Assembly (NCBI GenBank): GCA_034679345.1 | Contig: JAXDAY010000028.1 | Coordinates: forward strand, 232,665 to 296,664 | Direction: 5' to 3' | From: Candidatus Eiseniibacteriota bacterium | Lineage (GTDB): Bacteria > Eisenbacteria > RBG-16-71-46 > CAIMUX01 > VGJL01 | Length of the DNA: 64,000 nucleotides | Shown here: positions 47,001 to 55,943 of the stretch, in pieces | How positions within the stretch are numbered: the first letter of the stretch is position 1 | Layout: every line of letters starts with the position of its first letter | Notes under the pieces: generated by a model | Seen by the model: the letters and a program-made list of their open reading frames with translations, nothing else | What the model was told of the DNA's origin: nothing | The model's database searches: none | Translations under genes and position numbers: made by a program

Positions 47001-48017
47001 ATGAAGACGATGACGTCCCCATCCCTCTTCCCCGCGCCTGCGGGCGATTCCGACCCGCCCCGCGACCCGCGGGGGGGGATTCCCGCCGGCCCGCCGGTCG
47101 ACGAGACGCCCCGGGCCCAGTTCCGGCCGCTGGTCTGCAAGACTTTGCTCAACGAGAATCAGAACCGCTCCCTCCCCTTCCGCTGGACGATCAATCCGTA
47201 TCGCGGGTGCGAGTTCGGCTGCGCCTACTGCTACGCGCGCTACACCCACAAGTACATCGAGCGAAGCGATCCCTCCGAGTTCGACTCCCGGATCTTCGTC
47301 AAGTTCCAGGCGCCGGCCGTCCTCGCGGACCAGTTGCGGCCTGAACGGATCCGCGGAGCTCCGATCGCCCTGGGAACGGCGACTGATCCCTATCAGCCCG
47401 CGGAGAAGCGCTTCCGCATCACGAGAGGGGTGCTCGAGGTGCTGGCGCGCTGTCCCGAAGTGGATCTGTCGATCACGACGAAGAGCCCGCTCATCCTGCG
47501 AGACATCGATCTCCTCCGGCGAATCGCCCGCAATGGAAGGCTCACCTGCCACATCAGCCTCATCACTCTGAACCCGGCGATATCGCGAATCGTCGATCGA
47601 TGGGCCCCGACGCCCAGGAGGAGGCTCGAGACGCTACGGGGGCTTCGCTCCGATGGGATCGAGGCGGGGATCTTCGTGATGCCGATCCTCCCGGGCATCA
47701 CCGACGCGCCGTCCGAGCTGAGGGCACTCCTCCGCGCAGCGCGATCCGCCGGATCCTGCTATGCCGAGGGCGCCGTCGTCCGTCTCGCCGGCGCGTCGTG
47801 GCGCTCCTTCGAGCCGATCCTGCGGTCTCGCTTCCCCGATCTGCTCACCCCCTACCGTTCGATGCGAGATCCGGAGGGTGTCTTCATGCCGAGCGTCACC
47901 AGGTCGATCCAGACGCGATTCCGCGAGATCTGCGAAGAGGTGGGAATCCCCTCCCGCACCCCCGGGCCGCGGGTGCCTCCCGACGGATCATTCGGGTCGG
48001 GCTGGCTGTTCACCTAG
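47001..48017 (+). CDS. Radical SAM protein, SplB/DNA-repair-photolyase-like family
   Basis: CEFGCAYC (Cx3CxYC radical SAM motif) near the N-terminus with a TIM-barrel-like remainder. Confidence 0.7.
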   Translation: MKTMTSPSLFPAPAGDSDPPRDPRGGIPAGPPVDETPRAQFRPLVCKTLLNENQNRSLPFRWTINPYRGCEFGCAYCYARYTHKYIERSDPSEFDSRIFVKFQAPAVLADQLRPERIRGAPIALGTATDPYQPAEKRFRITRGVLEVLARCPEVDLSITTKSPLILRDIDLLRRIARNGRLTCHISLITLNPAISRIVDRWAPTPRRRLETLRGLRSDGIEAGIFVMPILPGITDAPSELRALLRAARSAGSCYAEGAVVRLAGASWRSFEPILRSRFPDLLTPYRSMRDPEGVFMPSVTRSIQTRFREICEEVGIPSRTPGPRVPPDGSFGSGWLFT

Positions 48018-48279
48018 AAGCAGGCAGGCCACGGGGTCCGAGCGCCACCTCCGTGAAGAGGTGTTTGAGTGTCTTGACGCCCATATAGGTGGAAAAAAGC
48101 GCTCCGTTGCGCCAGTGCGGGGCGGAGATTCGCGGAGCCGCCGCTTCGTCCTCGCAGATCATCAGCACGAAACTCGATCCAACTCCAGGCTTGATCGGGC
48201 CCGAGGCATGATCCATCAAGCGCTATAACCTACTCGCGTGTAATGCGATACGGAATCAATTGAATGGAGAGAATCTTTC

Positions 48280-48308
48280 TTGACAACAATCGTATAGATA
48301 AGTATTGT
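48280..48308 (+). promoter_or_regulatory. Candidate sigma70-like promoter (TTGACA - 17 nt - TATTGT)
   Basis: TTGACA at 48280-48285 and TATTGT at 48303-48308 with a 17-nt spacer. Lies in the only markedly AT-rich stretch between the radical SAM gene and the carB 3' end. Confidence 0.35.
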
Positions 48309-48401
48309 TTGACGGTTCGGAGAGACGATAGGCGGCGGCTCTCCAGATCGATTTGATCGATTCGACGTGGGAGACTGACCGACTGCTCACGCGGGGCACA
48401 T

Positions 48402-51400
48402 CTAGGTTCCCCCCTGGTGCCTTGTGGAGGATCGGCTGGTCTCACCCCTCATGAGCGGGCGGATTCGACCCATCCATGGTCGATCCGCCCGTCTCCCCTT
48501 TTTTCCCGGAGGGTTCTCATCCTCCCCGGCGGCGGACGGCCCGATACCGTGGATCTCCTGCAGCGGTTCGACCGCGAGGATCGTTCCGCGAATCGCGCGG
48601 ATCCCGTCGATCGCGGCGCGCGCTCCCTCGAGGGTCGTGATGCAGGCAATGCCCCTCTCCAGGGCTCCCGCGCGGATCGCTCGCTCGTCGAAGAACGAGG
48701 CGCGTCCGAGAGGGGTGTTGATCACCATCGCAACCTCCCCCGCGCGGATGCGATCCACGATGTGGGGACTGCCCTCGTTCACCTTGAACACCACCTCGCA
48801 GGCGATCCCGGACTCCCGCAGGCGCTCCGCCGTCCCTCTCGTGGCCAGAAGGCGAAAACCCAGCGCCCGGAGGGATGCGGCGACCTCGCTCAGCCTCGGT
48901 TTGTCCTCGTTGTTGACGCTCAAGAAGACGCACCCCTCGAGCGGCAGGTGGATCCCCGCGGCGAGGCACGCCTTCGCGAAGGCCGCGCCGAACCCCGGGC
49001 CGATCCCCATCACCTCCCCGGTCGATCGCATCTCGGGACCGAGCACCGAGTCCGCGCCGGGGAATCGACGGAACGGGAAAACCGGCATCTTGATGAACGA
49101 TCGCGGCGGCCTCGGCTCCGCCGGGAGTCCGAGATCCTCCAAACGATCGCCGAGCAGAAGGCGCGTCGCGAGCCGCGCGAGCGGAAGCCCGATCGCCTTG
49201 CTGACGAAAGGGATCGTCCGCGAGGCGCGCGGGTTCGCCTCGAGGATGTAGGCTCGCTCGTCCTTCAAGGCGAACTGGATGTTCAGGATTCCCACCGCGC
49301 GCAGCGCCGTGCCGATCCGAAGGGTGTACTCGCGGATCTGCCGTAGCGCCCCTTCGGGGATTCCGCCCGCGGGTAGGGCCGACGTCGAGTCCCCCGAGTG
49401 GATTCCGGCCGCCTCCACATGCTCCTGGATCCCGGCGATCCAGACCGAGGCGCCGTCACAAAGGGCGTCGACGTCGACCTCTGTCGCTCCCTCCAGGAAT
49501 CGATCGAGGAAGAGGGGATGCTCGCGGCCCTCCGGCCAGCTCTGCCGGATATAGTCCTGGAGCGCCGACTCGTCGTGGATGCAGATCATCCGCTGCCCTC
49601 CCAGAACGTAGGAGGGCCGGACGATCACCGGGAAGCCGATCCTCTGCGCGAGCCCGACGGCCTCCTCCGGGGTCGCGGCCACGCCATGGTCCGGGATCGG
49701 AATCTCCAGGGACCGAGCCAGCTCGCCGAAGCGAAGCCGGTCCTCCGCGAGATCGATCGAATCGGCCGATGTGCCGAGAACCGGAACGCCCGCGTCCTCA
49801 AGGGGTCGCGCCAGCTTGAGCGGCGTCTGCCCCCCGAACTGGAGGATCACCCCGTCGGGCAGCTCGCGCCGGACAACCTCGAGGACGTCCTCGAGCGTCA
49901 GGGGATCGAAGTAGAGCCGGTCGCTCGTGTCGTAGTCGGTCGAGACGGTTTCGGGATTGCAGTTCATGAGGATCGATTCGATTCCCTCGGAGCGCAGCGC
50001 CATCGCGGCCTCGCACGCGCACGCGTCGAACTCGATCCCCTGCCCGATCCGGATCGGGCCGCCCCCGAGGATCAGGACGCGGCGCCTGCTGGTGGGAGCC
50101 GCCTCGTCATGAGTCTCGTATGTCGAGTAGAGGTAGGGCGTCGATGACTCGAACTCGCCCGCGCAGGTGTCGATCCGATGAAAGACCGGGTGCAGCCCCA
50201 GGACGCCGCGCGTACGGCGGACCTCCTCTTCGGTGGCGCCGATCAATGCCGCGATCCGGGCGTCGGAGAAACCCTCGCGCTTGGCGTGCAGCAGGAGCTC
50301 TCCCTGCATCTCGGGAAGCGTGCGCGCCGCGATCTGGCTCTCGAGATCGACGATCATCCGGATCTGATGGATGAACCAGGGCTCGATCGAGGTCCGATGG
50401 GCGATCGTCTCCACGCTGAGTCCGCGTCGCAGCGCCTCAGCCACGACGAGCAATCTCTCCGGCCCCGGCTCGGCCAGGGCCGAGTCGAGATCTCCGCGTC
50501 GCTCCCAGGGATCGAAGCCGGAGAGCCCCACCTCGAGCGAACGCAGCCCCTTCTGCACCGCCTCGCGGAAGGTCCGTCCGATCGCCATCGCCTCTCCCAC
50601 GGAGCGCATCTCCGTGGAGAGGACCGGACGCGTCTCGGGAAACTTCTCGAAGTTCCACCGCGGGATCTTCACGGCGACGTAGTCGAGCGTTGGCTCGAAG
50701 CTGGCCGGCGTCTTCTTCGTGATGTCGTTGGGGATCTCGTCGAGCCGGTAGCCCAGGGCGAGGAGGGCCGCGATCTTCGCGATCGGAAACCCCGTCGCCT
50801 TGCTGGCGAGGGCGGAGGAGCGGGAGACGCGGGGATTCATCTCGATCACGACGCGCCGCCGGGTGGCCGGATGCACCGCGAACTGGATGTTGCTCCCCCC
50901 TGTCTCGACCCCGACCGCCCGGATGACGCGGAAGGCCTCGTCTCGCATTTCCTGGTACTCGCGGTCGGTGAGGGTCATCGCGGGAGCGACGGTGATCGAA
51001 TCGCCCGTGTGGATCCCCATCGGATCCAGATTCTCGATTGCGCATATGACGACGGCCTGATCGGCGCAATCGCGCATCACCTCGAGCTCGTACTCCTTCC
51101 AGCCGATCAGGCCTTCCTCCACGAGGACCTCGTGGACGGGTGAGGCGCGCAGGCCGCCGGCGACGACGCGGCGGAACTCCTCCATCGACCCGGCGGTGCC
51201 GCTCCCCGTCCCCCCGAGCGTGAACGAGGGGCGGATGACCGCCGGAAGCCCGAACTCCGCGAGCGCCCTTTCGGCTTCCTCCACGGATCGGCACAGGGCT
51301 CCGCGAGGGAGGTCGCAGCCGGCGGCCCTCATCGCCTGCTGAAAGGCGAGTCGGTCCTCCGCGAGGCGAAGGGCGGACTCCGAGGCGCCGAGCAAGCGCA

Positions 51401-51776
51401 CCCCGTGATGTTGCCAGACCCCCCGGTCGTGGAGGGCGAGCGCGAGGTTGATCGCCGTCTGGCCGCCGACAGTGGGAAGGCACGCGTCGGGTCGCTCCCG
51501 GGCGATCACCTGCTCCACGAAATCGGGATCGAGCGGCTCGACGTAGGTCGCGTCGGCCAGAGTCGGGTCGGTCATGATCGTCGCCGGATTGGAGTTCACG
51601 AGGATGACGCGGCAGCCGTCCTGGCGGAGCGCTTTCACCGCCTGCGTCCCCGAGTAGTCGAACTCGCAGGCCTGCCCGATCACGATCGGCCCGGAGCCAA
51701 GCACGAGGACCGAACGGATCTCCTCTCTACGCGGGGCCAATCCCGGCTCCTCCGGCCAGAGCGAGGACGAAATCAT
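48402..51776 (-). CDS. carB: Carbamoyl-phosphate synthase large subunit
   Basis: Two ATP-grasp halves ([24 protein letters not shown]...; [21 protein letters not shown]...), an oligomerisation domain and an MGS-like C-terminus. Start is uncertain, with ATG 51776 or TTG 51741 both possible. Confidence 0.9.
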   Translation of the reverse strand: MISSSLWPEEPGLAPRREEIRSVLVLGSGPIVIGQACEFDYSGTQAVKALRQDGCRVILVNSNPATIMTDPTLADATYVEPLDPDFVEQVIARERPDACLPTVGGQTAINLALALHDRGVWQHHGVRLLGASESALRLAEDRLAFQQAMRAAGCDLPRGALCRSVEEAERALAEFGLPAVIRPSFTLGGTGSGTAGSMEEFRRVVAGGLRASPVHEVLVEEGLIGWKEYELEVMRDCADQAVVICAIENLDPMGIHTGDSITVAPAMTLTDREYQEMRDEAFRVIRAVGVETGGSNIQFAVHPATRRRVVIEMNPRVSRSSALASKATGFPIAKIAALLALGYRLDEIPNDITKKTPASFEPTLDYVAVKIPRWNFEKFPETRPVLSTEMRSVGEAMAIGRTFREAVQKGLRSLEVGLSGFDPWERRGDLDSALAEPGPERLLVVAEALRRGLSVETIAHRTSIEPWFIHQIRMIVDLESQIAARTLPEMQGELLLHAKREGFSDARIAALIGATEEEVRRTRGVLGLHPVFHRIDTCAGEFESSTPYLYSTYETHDEAAPTSRRRVLILGGGPIRIGQGIEFDACACEAAMALRSEGIESILMNCNPETVSTDYDTSDRLYFDPLTLEDVLEVVRRELPDGVILQFGGQTPLKLARPLEDAGVPVLGTSADSIDLAEDRLRFGELARSLEIPIPDHGVAATPEEAVGLAQRIGFPVIVRPSYVLGGQRMICIHDESALQDYIRQSWPEGREHPLFLDRFLEGATEVDVDALCDGASVWIAGIQEHVEAAGIHSGDSTSALPAGGIPEGALRQIREYTLRIGTALRAVGILNIQFALKDERAYILEANPRASRTIPFVSKAIGLPLARLATRLLLGDRLEDLGLPAEPRPPRSFIKMPVFPFRRFPGADSVLGPEMRSTGEVMGIGPGFGAAFAKACLAAGIHLPLEGCVFLSVNNEDKPRLSEVAASLRALGFRLLATRGTAERLRESGIACEVVFKVNEGSPHIVDRIRAGEVAMVINTPLGRASFFDERAIRAGALERGIACITTLEGARAAIDGIRAIRGTILAVEPLQEIHGIGPSAAGEDENPPGKKGRRADRPWMGRIRPLMRGETSRSSTRHQGGT
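48455..48504 (+). terminator. Candidate intrinsic terminator on + strand (GC hairpin + T8)
   Basis: GCGGGCGGATTCGACC...GGTCGATCCGCCCG inverted repeat (~13-bp stem) followed by CTCCCCTTTTTTCC. Lies inside the 3' end of the carB (-) reading frame. Confidence 0.4.
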
Positions 51777-52827
51777 CGAAGATCGCGAGCGCTTCGTGGG
51801 GACCGGGCGCTCCCTCGGGATGGAACTGATACGACCAGAGGCGCCTGCCGCCATGCACGAATCCCTCGACCGTGCCGTCGTTCAGGCTCGTGTGGGTGAC
51901 CGCCGCTTCGGCCGGCAGTGAATCGCCATCGACGGCGTAGTTGTGATTCTGCGCCGTGACTCTCACGATCCCGGTTCGCAGGTCCTTCACGGGGTGGTTC
52001 GATCCATGGTGGCCGAAGCGCAGCTTGACGATGCGCGCTCCCAGCGCGAGTCCGGCCAGCTGGTGCCCCAGACAGATCGCCAGGGTCGGATGCCGGTCGA
52101 TGCAGTGGCGAATCGTATCCAGAAGCGGGAGCAGAGTCTCCGGATCCCCGGGCCCATTCGAGAGAACGATCCCATCCGGGCGCAGACTCTCGATCTCCTC
52201 CACGGAGGCGCCGGCGGGCAACGAGGCGAGCGGGCAGCCCCGCCGGCGGAGCTCCTTCTCGATCGACGACTTCGCGCCGAAGTCGAGGAGGACGATGCGG
52301 GGACCGCGCCCGTTGCTCGAGGGCATTCCCGAGCGCGGACGCCCGGACGTCACTTCCGAGACGAGATTCCGCTCGGCCATCGAGGGGACCTGGCGCGCCA
52401 TCGCCACTGCGGCCTCCCGATCTTCGATCTGCGTGGTGAAGAAGCCCCGCATCGCGCCGTGCTCTCGCAGGTGAAGGGTCAGGGCACGGGTGTCGACATT
52501 GGTCATGCCGCAGAGGCCGTGGCGGCGAATGAACCCGCGCAGCGACTCGACGGAGTCAGGATGCGATGGAATCTCGGCGAGATCGCGGAGGATCACGCCG
52601 GCGGCCCAAGGGCGGTCCGACTCCCCGTGTCCCAGATGGATGCCGTAGTTGCCGATGTGCGGTGACGTAAAAACGACGAATTGACCGTGGTAGGAGGGAT
52701 CGGTGAGAACCTCCTGATAACCGGTCATAGCGGTGCTGAAGACGACTTCAGCACCGGCCTCGGAATGATCTCCGATCGAGCGCCCATGGAAGATGCGGCC
52801 GTCCTCCAGGGCGAGAAGAGCCTGCAT
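51727..52827 (-). CDS. carA: Carbamoyl-phosphate synthase small subunit (glutamine amidotransferase)
   Basis: N-terminal CPSase_sm domain. GATase catalytic Cys in LAICLGHQ and C-terminal His/Glu. Confidence 0.9.
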   Translation of the reverse strand: MQALLALEDGRIFHGRSIGDHSEAGAEVVFSTAMTGYQEVLTDPSYHGQFVVFTSPHIGNYGIHLGHGESDRPWAAGVILRDLAEIPSHPDSVESLRGFIRRHGLCGMTNVDTRALTLHLREHGAMRGFFTTQIEDREAAVAMARQVPSMAERNLVSEVTSGRPRSGMPSSNGRGPRIVLLDFGAKSSIEKELRRRGCPLASLPAGASVEEIESLRPDGIVLSNGPGDPETLLPLLDTIRHCIDRHPTLAICLGHQLAGLALGARIVKLRFGHHGSNHPVKDLRTGIVRVTAQNHNYAVDGDSLPAEAAVTHTSLNDGTVEGFVHGGRRLWSYQFHPEGAPGPHEALAIFDDFVLALAGGAGIGPA

Positions 52828-52995
52828 GAGGCCTCCCGGGGACTCGGGGGGAATGGCACATGGCGCCGCGCTATGGTCTGGAGACGCACGACGGCAAGAT
52901 CGTTGCCCGAGCCTGGTCGATGGTATGGATGCGCCACGTTGAACGCAAGGTGGAAAGGCCGCGTCGCGGAGAGGCCGCGCCGCGCTCGACTTCAG

Positions 52996-54213
52996 CTATT
53001 CGAGCGCGCCGCGGTAGCGGGAGACGAGATGTTCGATCAGCTCGCGGACGCGAAGGGCGCTCCGCCATCGCTCGGGAATCGCGTCCGCGCCATGAAGGGC
53101 TCCCAGAAGCGCGCCCGCCGCCGCGCCGTGCGTGTCGGCGTCTCCCCCTCGGTGGATCAGATCGAGGAGCGCCTCCTCGAATCCCGCCTCGCGACGGCAC
53201 GCCCAGAATGCGGCCTGAATGGTCTTCAGCGGATGGCTCCGCTCGTGGCTGTTCCAGTCCGATCCACCGGGCTGCCATCCGGAGCGGACTTCCTCGAGAG
53301 CGGCCGCCGTCGCGTCGTGCCAGGCACCAGCGAGAGCCGCCTCGAGCGGGTCCTGCGATGCGAGCGCGGCCGCGACCCCGTCGGCGAGGGCGACGGCGCA
53401 CGCGAGCGCGACCGGGGCCGGATGGGTCATCCCCGATGCCGCGATGGCCGAAGCGCAGCGCCGATCTGGATCGTGCGGGAGCGCCGCGCCGATCGCCGCC
53501 GCGCGGCTGAGCGCGCCGTTGAACTCCGGCTTTCGCCCAGCCTTTTCCCAGATCGTTCGCGAAGCGGGCACGGGAGGAGAATCGAGGTAGGCCCGCAACA
53601 CCCCGCGCGTCAGATGGCCGAAGTCCCGCGGCCGGCCCAGAGCCCATCGACCGAGCGCCTGGGCGAGTCGATCCCGATCGTCGGGTCGATGGACCGTTCT
53701 GGCGGAAGCGAGCTCGCGAAACCAGAGCAGCGCGAGCGTCGTTTCGCGCGTCGGATGGCCGGGACCCCAACCCCGGCCGCTGACGAAGTCGCGGAACGGC
53801 CCATGGATGCGAAGGATCTTCTCCTGCGGCCAGTTCTCGACCGGCGCGCCGAGACAGTCGCCGACGGCGAGGCCCAGGAGAGCCGCGTGGATCCTGGGAA
53901 ACAGGGATCGATCGAGCCGCGGCGTCGCTGCGGAATCTCGATCCGCCGGCGCGTCGGCGCGCGCGCCCGCATCCGCGGCCTCGTCCATCGGCCCCGGCGG
54001 GAGAATCCGGATCGCATCGAGCGTCCCGCCGGTCAGGATGTCGATCTCGAGCGCCGCGATGCGCGCGGCCTCAGGCTCCACGTCAACGGGCCGAGCGCAA
54101 GTCGCCACGAGCGGCCGCAGACCCGCCAGTCGCCAGCGGCCGAGCGTGCCGACCAAGCGCGGAGGGATCGCGGGGCGTCCCGGCTGGAGACTGCCCCCCT
54201 CCGCGCGCATCGC
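52996..54213 (-). CDS. ADP-ribosylglycohydrolase (ARH/DraG) family protein with N-terminal extension
   Basis: ARH signature LLGLAVGDCLGAPVE and C-terminal GGDADTHGAAAGALLGALHG. The start is uncertain because the 541-aa track ORF overlaps the GNAT gene by ~300 nt. The first ATG after the GNAT stop (54213) was chosen. Confidence 0.6.
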   Translation of the reverse strand, partial: AMRAEGGSLQPGRPAIPPRLVGTLGRWRLAGLRPLVATCARPVDVEPEAARIAALEIDILTGGTLDAIRILPPGPMDEAADAGARADAPADRDSAATPRLDRSLFPRIHAALLGLAVGDCLGAPVENWPQEKILRIHGPFRDFVSGRGWGPGHPTRETTLALLWFRELASARTVHRPDDRDRLAQALGRWALGRPRDFGHLTRGVLRAYLDSPPVPASRTIWEKAGRKPEFNGALSRAAAIGAALPHDPDRRCASAIAASGMTHPAPVALACAVALADGVAAALASQDPLEAALAGAWHDATAAALEEVRSGWQPGGSDWNSHERSHPLKTIQAAFWACRREAGFEEALLDLIHRGGDADTHGAAAGALLGALHGADAIPERWRSALRVRELIEHLVSRYRGALE

Positions 54214-54311
54214 CTCGTCGAGATCGATCCACCGGATCGCCTCGGGAAGCGGTTCGCCCTCGGCGAGGCGCGAGCCGACCAGCTCGCCCCGCAGCCAGAC
54301 CGGCTCGCGGC

Positions 54312-54833
54312 TCAAGAGGCCTCCGGGCCCGGGTTGAGGGGCTTCCACAACTCGACCTCGTCGCGCAGGGGAATGCCGTTCATTCCCATCTTCGGGATCG
54401 AGGGTTTCAGTCGGCGCGAGCCTTCCAGCGCGCGGGCATGAACGCGCCGCAGGAAGAACGCTCGCCTCTGATAGAAACCGATCGCGCGCAGATTGTCGTT
54501 CGTCGTCACGAGCCAGATCTCCCTGCAGCCGGCCGATCGCGCGGTCCGCGTCGCCGCCGCGAGAAGCTTCGTTCCGATTCCCCGCCCTTCGAGGAAGCTG
54601 TTCAGGGTGACGACCTCGCACCGGCGGCGATCGATTCGATAGGTGAGCAGTCCGACGATCCGCCGGCCGCGGACCGCGAGCTTCGCTGGATACTCATGGG
54701 CCGGGTGGAGCCTTCCCCGCGAGACCACCCCGGGAGCGCCCCATTCACGGAACAAGATCCTTCGGATCTCGGGACGGTCGAGGGGGCGCCCCTCGCGGAT
54801 TCGGATCGGAGCGTCAACCCGCTTGCTCGTCAT
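54312..54833 (-). CDS. GNAT family N-acetyltransferase
   Basis: Motif A (VGLLTYRI...VVTLNSFLEGRGIGTKLL) forms the acetyl-CoA binding loop. Confidence 0.7.
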   Translation of the reverse strand: MTSKRVDAPIRIREGRPLDRPEIRRILFREWGAPGVVSRGRLHPAHEYPAKLAVRGRRIVGLLTYRIDRRRCEVVTLNSFLEGRGIGTKLLAAATRTARSAGCREIWLVTTNDNLRAIGFYQRRAFFLRRVHARALEGSRRLKPSIPKMGMNGIPLRDEVELWKPLNPGPEAS

Positions 54834-55222
54834 AGGAGTCGGAGCGTAGGAAGGGGTCCAGGGGCGAGTCAAGGAACCGAGCAGGCTTCATCTCCGGAGC
54901 GGACCAGCGCCTCGGCTGGCTGTTCGATATTCGTCCGCTCACGGTGATTAGCCATGAATTGCATTTATTTCAATGTGTTACGGCCTCCGATACGCCCGCG
55001 GCGCCCGCGTGAAGTCTGCCTCGGACCGGCAGCGCGCCGGGGGGCGCTTTCCTGAAGCATTCCGGGCACGCAGGCTGTACGATGAGCTGGTTCGCGCGGG
55101 ATCCTCCCCGCCGAAGTGGAATCGCAGATCCACACGGACCGTTTCTCGATTGAATCGATTGCTGGAATGCGCGGTCGCAGGAGCGACCGACGGGACAGCT
55201 TGCTTAGAAAGGGAGTCTAAGG

Positions 55223-55813
55223 GTGAAGCACGAAGCGAAGAACTTCGACCAGCTCCTCGGCCAGGTCGACGGGCTGAGCGATGCGCAGCTGAAGGCCCAC
55301 TTCGGCCTCTATCAGGGATATGTCAACAAGCTCAACGAGATCGAGGAGAAGCTCTCGAAGGCGGACCCGGCGCTCAGCAACTACTCCTTCGGCGAGTTCA
55401 GCGAGCTGAAGCGCAGGGAGGCCGTGGCCTTCAACGGGGCGTATCTGCATCAGATGTACTTCGAGAACTTCGCGCCGAACCGCGGGCAGATCGCCGCGGG
55501 GCTGAAGGCCGCCATCGAGTCCGATTTCGGCAACTGGGGCGCCTTCGAGGCGAACATCAAGGGGACGGCCACATCCACGCCGGGGTGGGTGTTGCTCACG
55601 CAGAGCCACGTCGACAAGAAGCTTCATAGCTACATCATGTTCGAGCACCATGTCGGGCTGCCGGCGCATCAGGAGATCCTCTTGGCGCTCGACTGCTGGG
55701 AGCACGCCTTCATGATCGACTACGGAACCAAGAAGCCCGAATACCTCGCCGCGTTCATGAAGAACATCAACTGGAACGTCGTCAACGAGCGCTACGCCAA
55801 AGCGAGAGGTTGA
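55223..55813 (+). CDS. Fe/Mn superoxide dismutase family protein (divergent)
   Basis: GTG start with GGGAG 9 nt upstream. C-terminal DCWEHAFMIDY (DxWEH), N-terminal AHFGLYQGYVNKLN and AYLHQMYFENFAP. The four metal-ligand positions are conserved, but the second-shell HH pair is replaced. Confidence 0.55.
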   Translation: MKHEAKNFDQLLGQVDGLSDAQLKAHFGLYQGYVNKLNEIEEKLSKADPALSNYSFGEFSELKRREAVAFNGAYLHQMYFENFAPNRGQIAAGLKAAIESDFGNWGAFEANIKGTATSTPGWVLLTQSHVDKKLHSYIMFEHHVGLPAHQEILLALDCWEHAFMIDYGTKKPEYLAAFMKNINWNVVNERYAKARG

Positions 55814-55943
55814 GATCGGCGAACTGAACGCATGATTCCGGTATCGGGAGGGCGGCGAGCCGCCGCCGTCCCGCGCCGGAGCATGCCCGGCGATCCACAC
55901 AATCGGCGGCCGACCGCCCGGGATGCCCGTCGCACGGAGCGAC

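Noticed and set aside
48455-48495. GGATTCGACC / GGGTCGAATCC elements resembling a tRNA or tmRNA T-arm
   Set aside because: The inverted repeat forms one long 13-bp stem rather than a 5-bp T-stem with a 7-nt loop. There is no acceptor stem or CCA context. It was interpreted instead as a terminator-like hairpin.
52681-54441. 586-aa + strand ORF across the ARH/GNAT region
   Set aside because: Composition-biased (Arg/Ala/Gly) with no domain signal. The opposite strand encodes recognisable ARH and GNAT domains.
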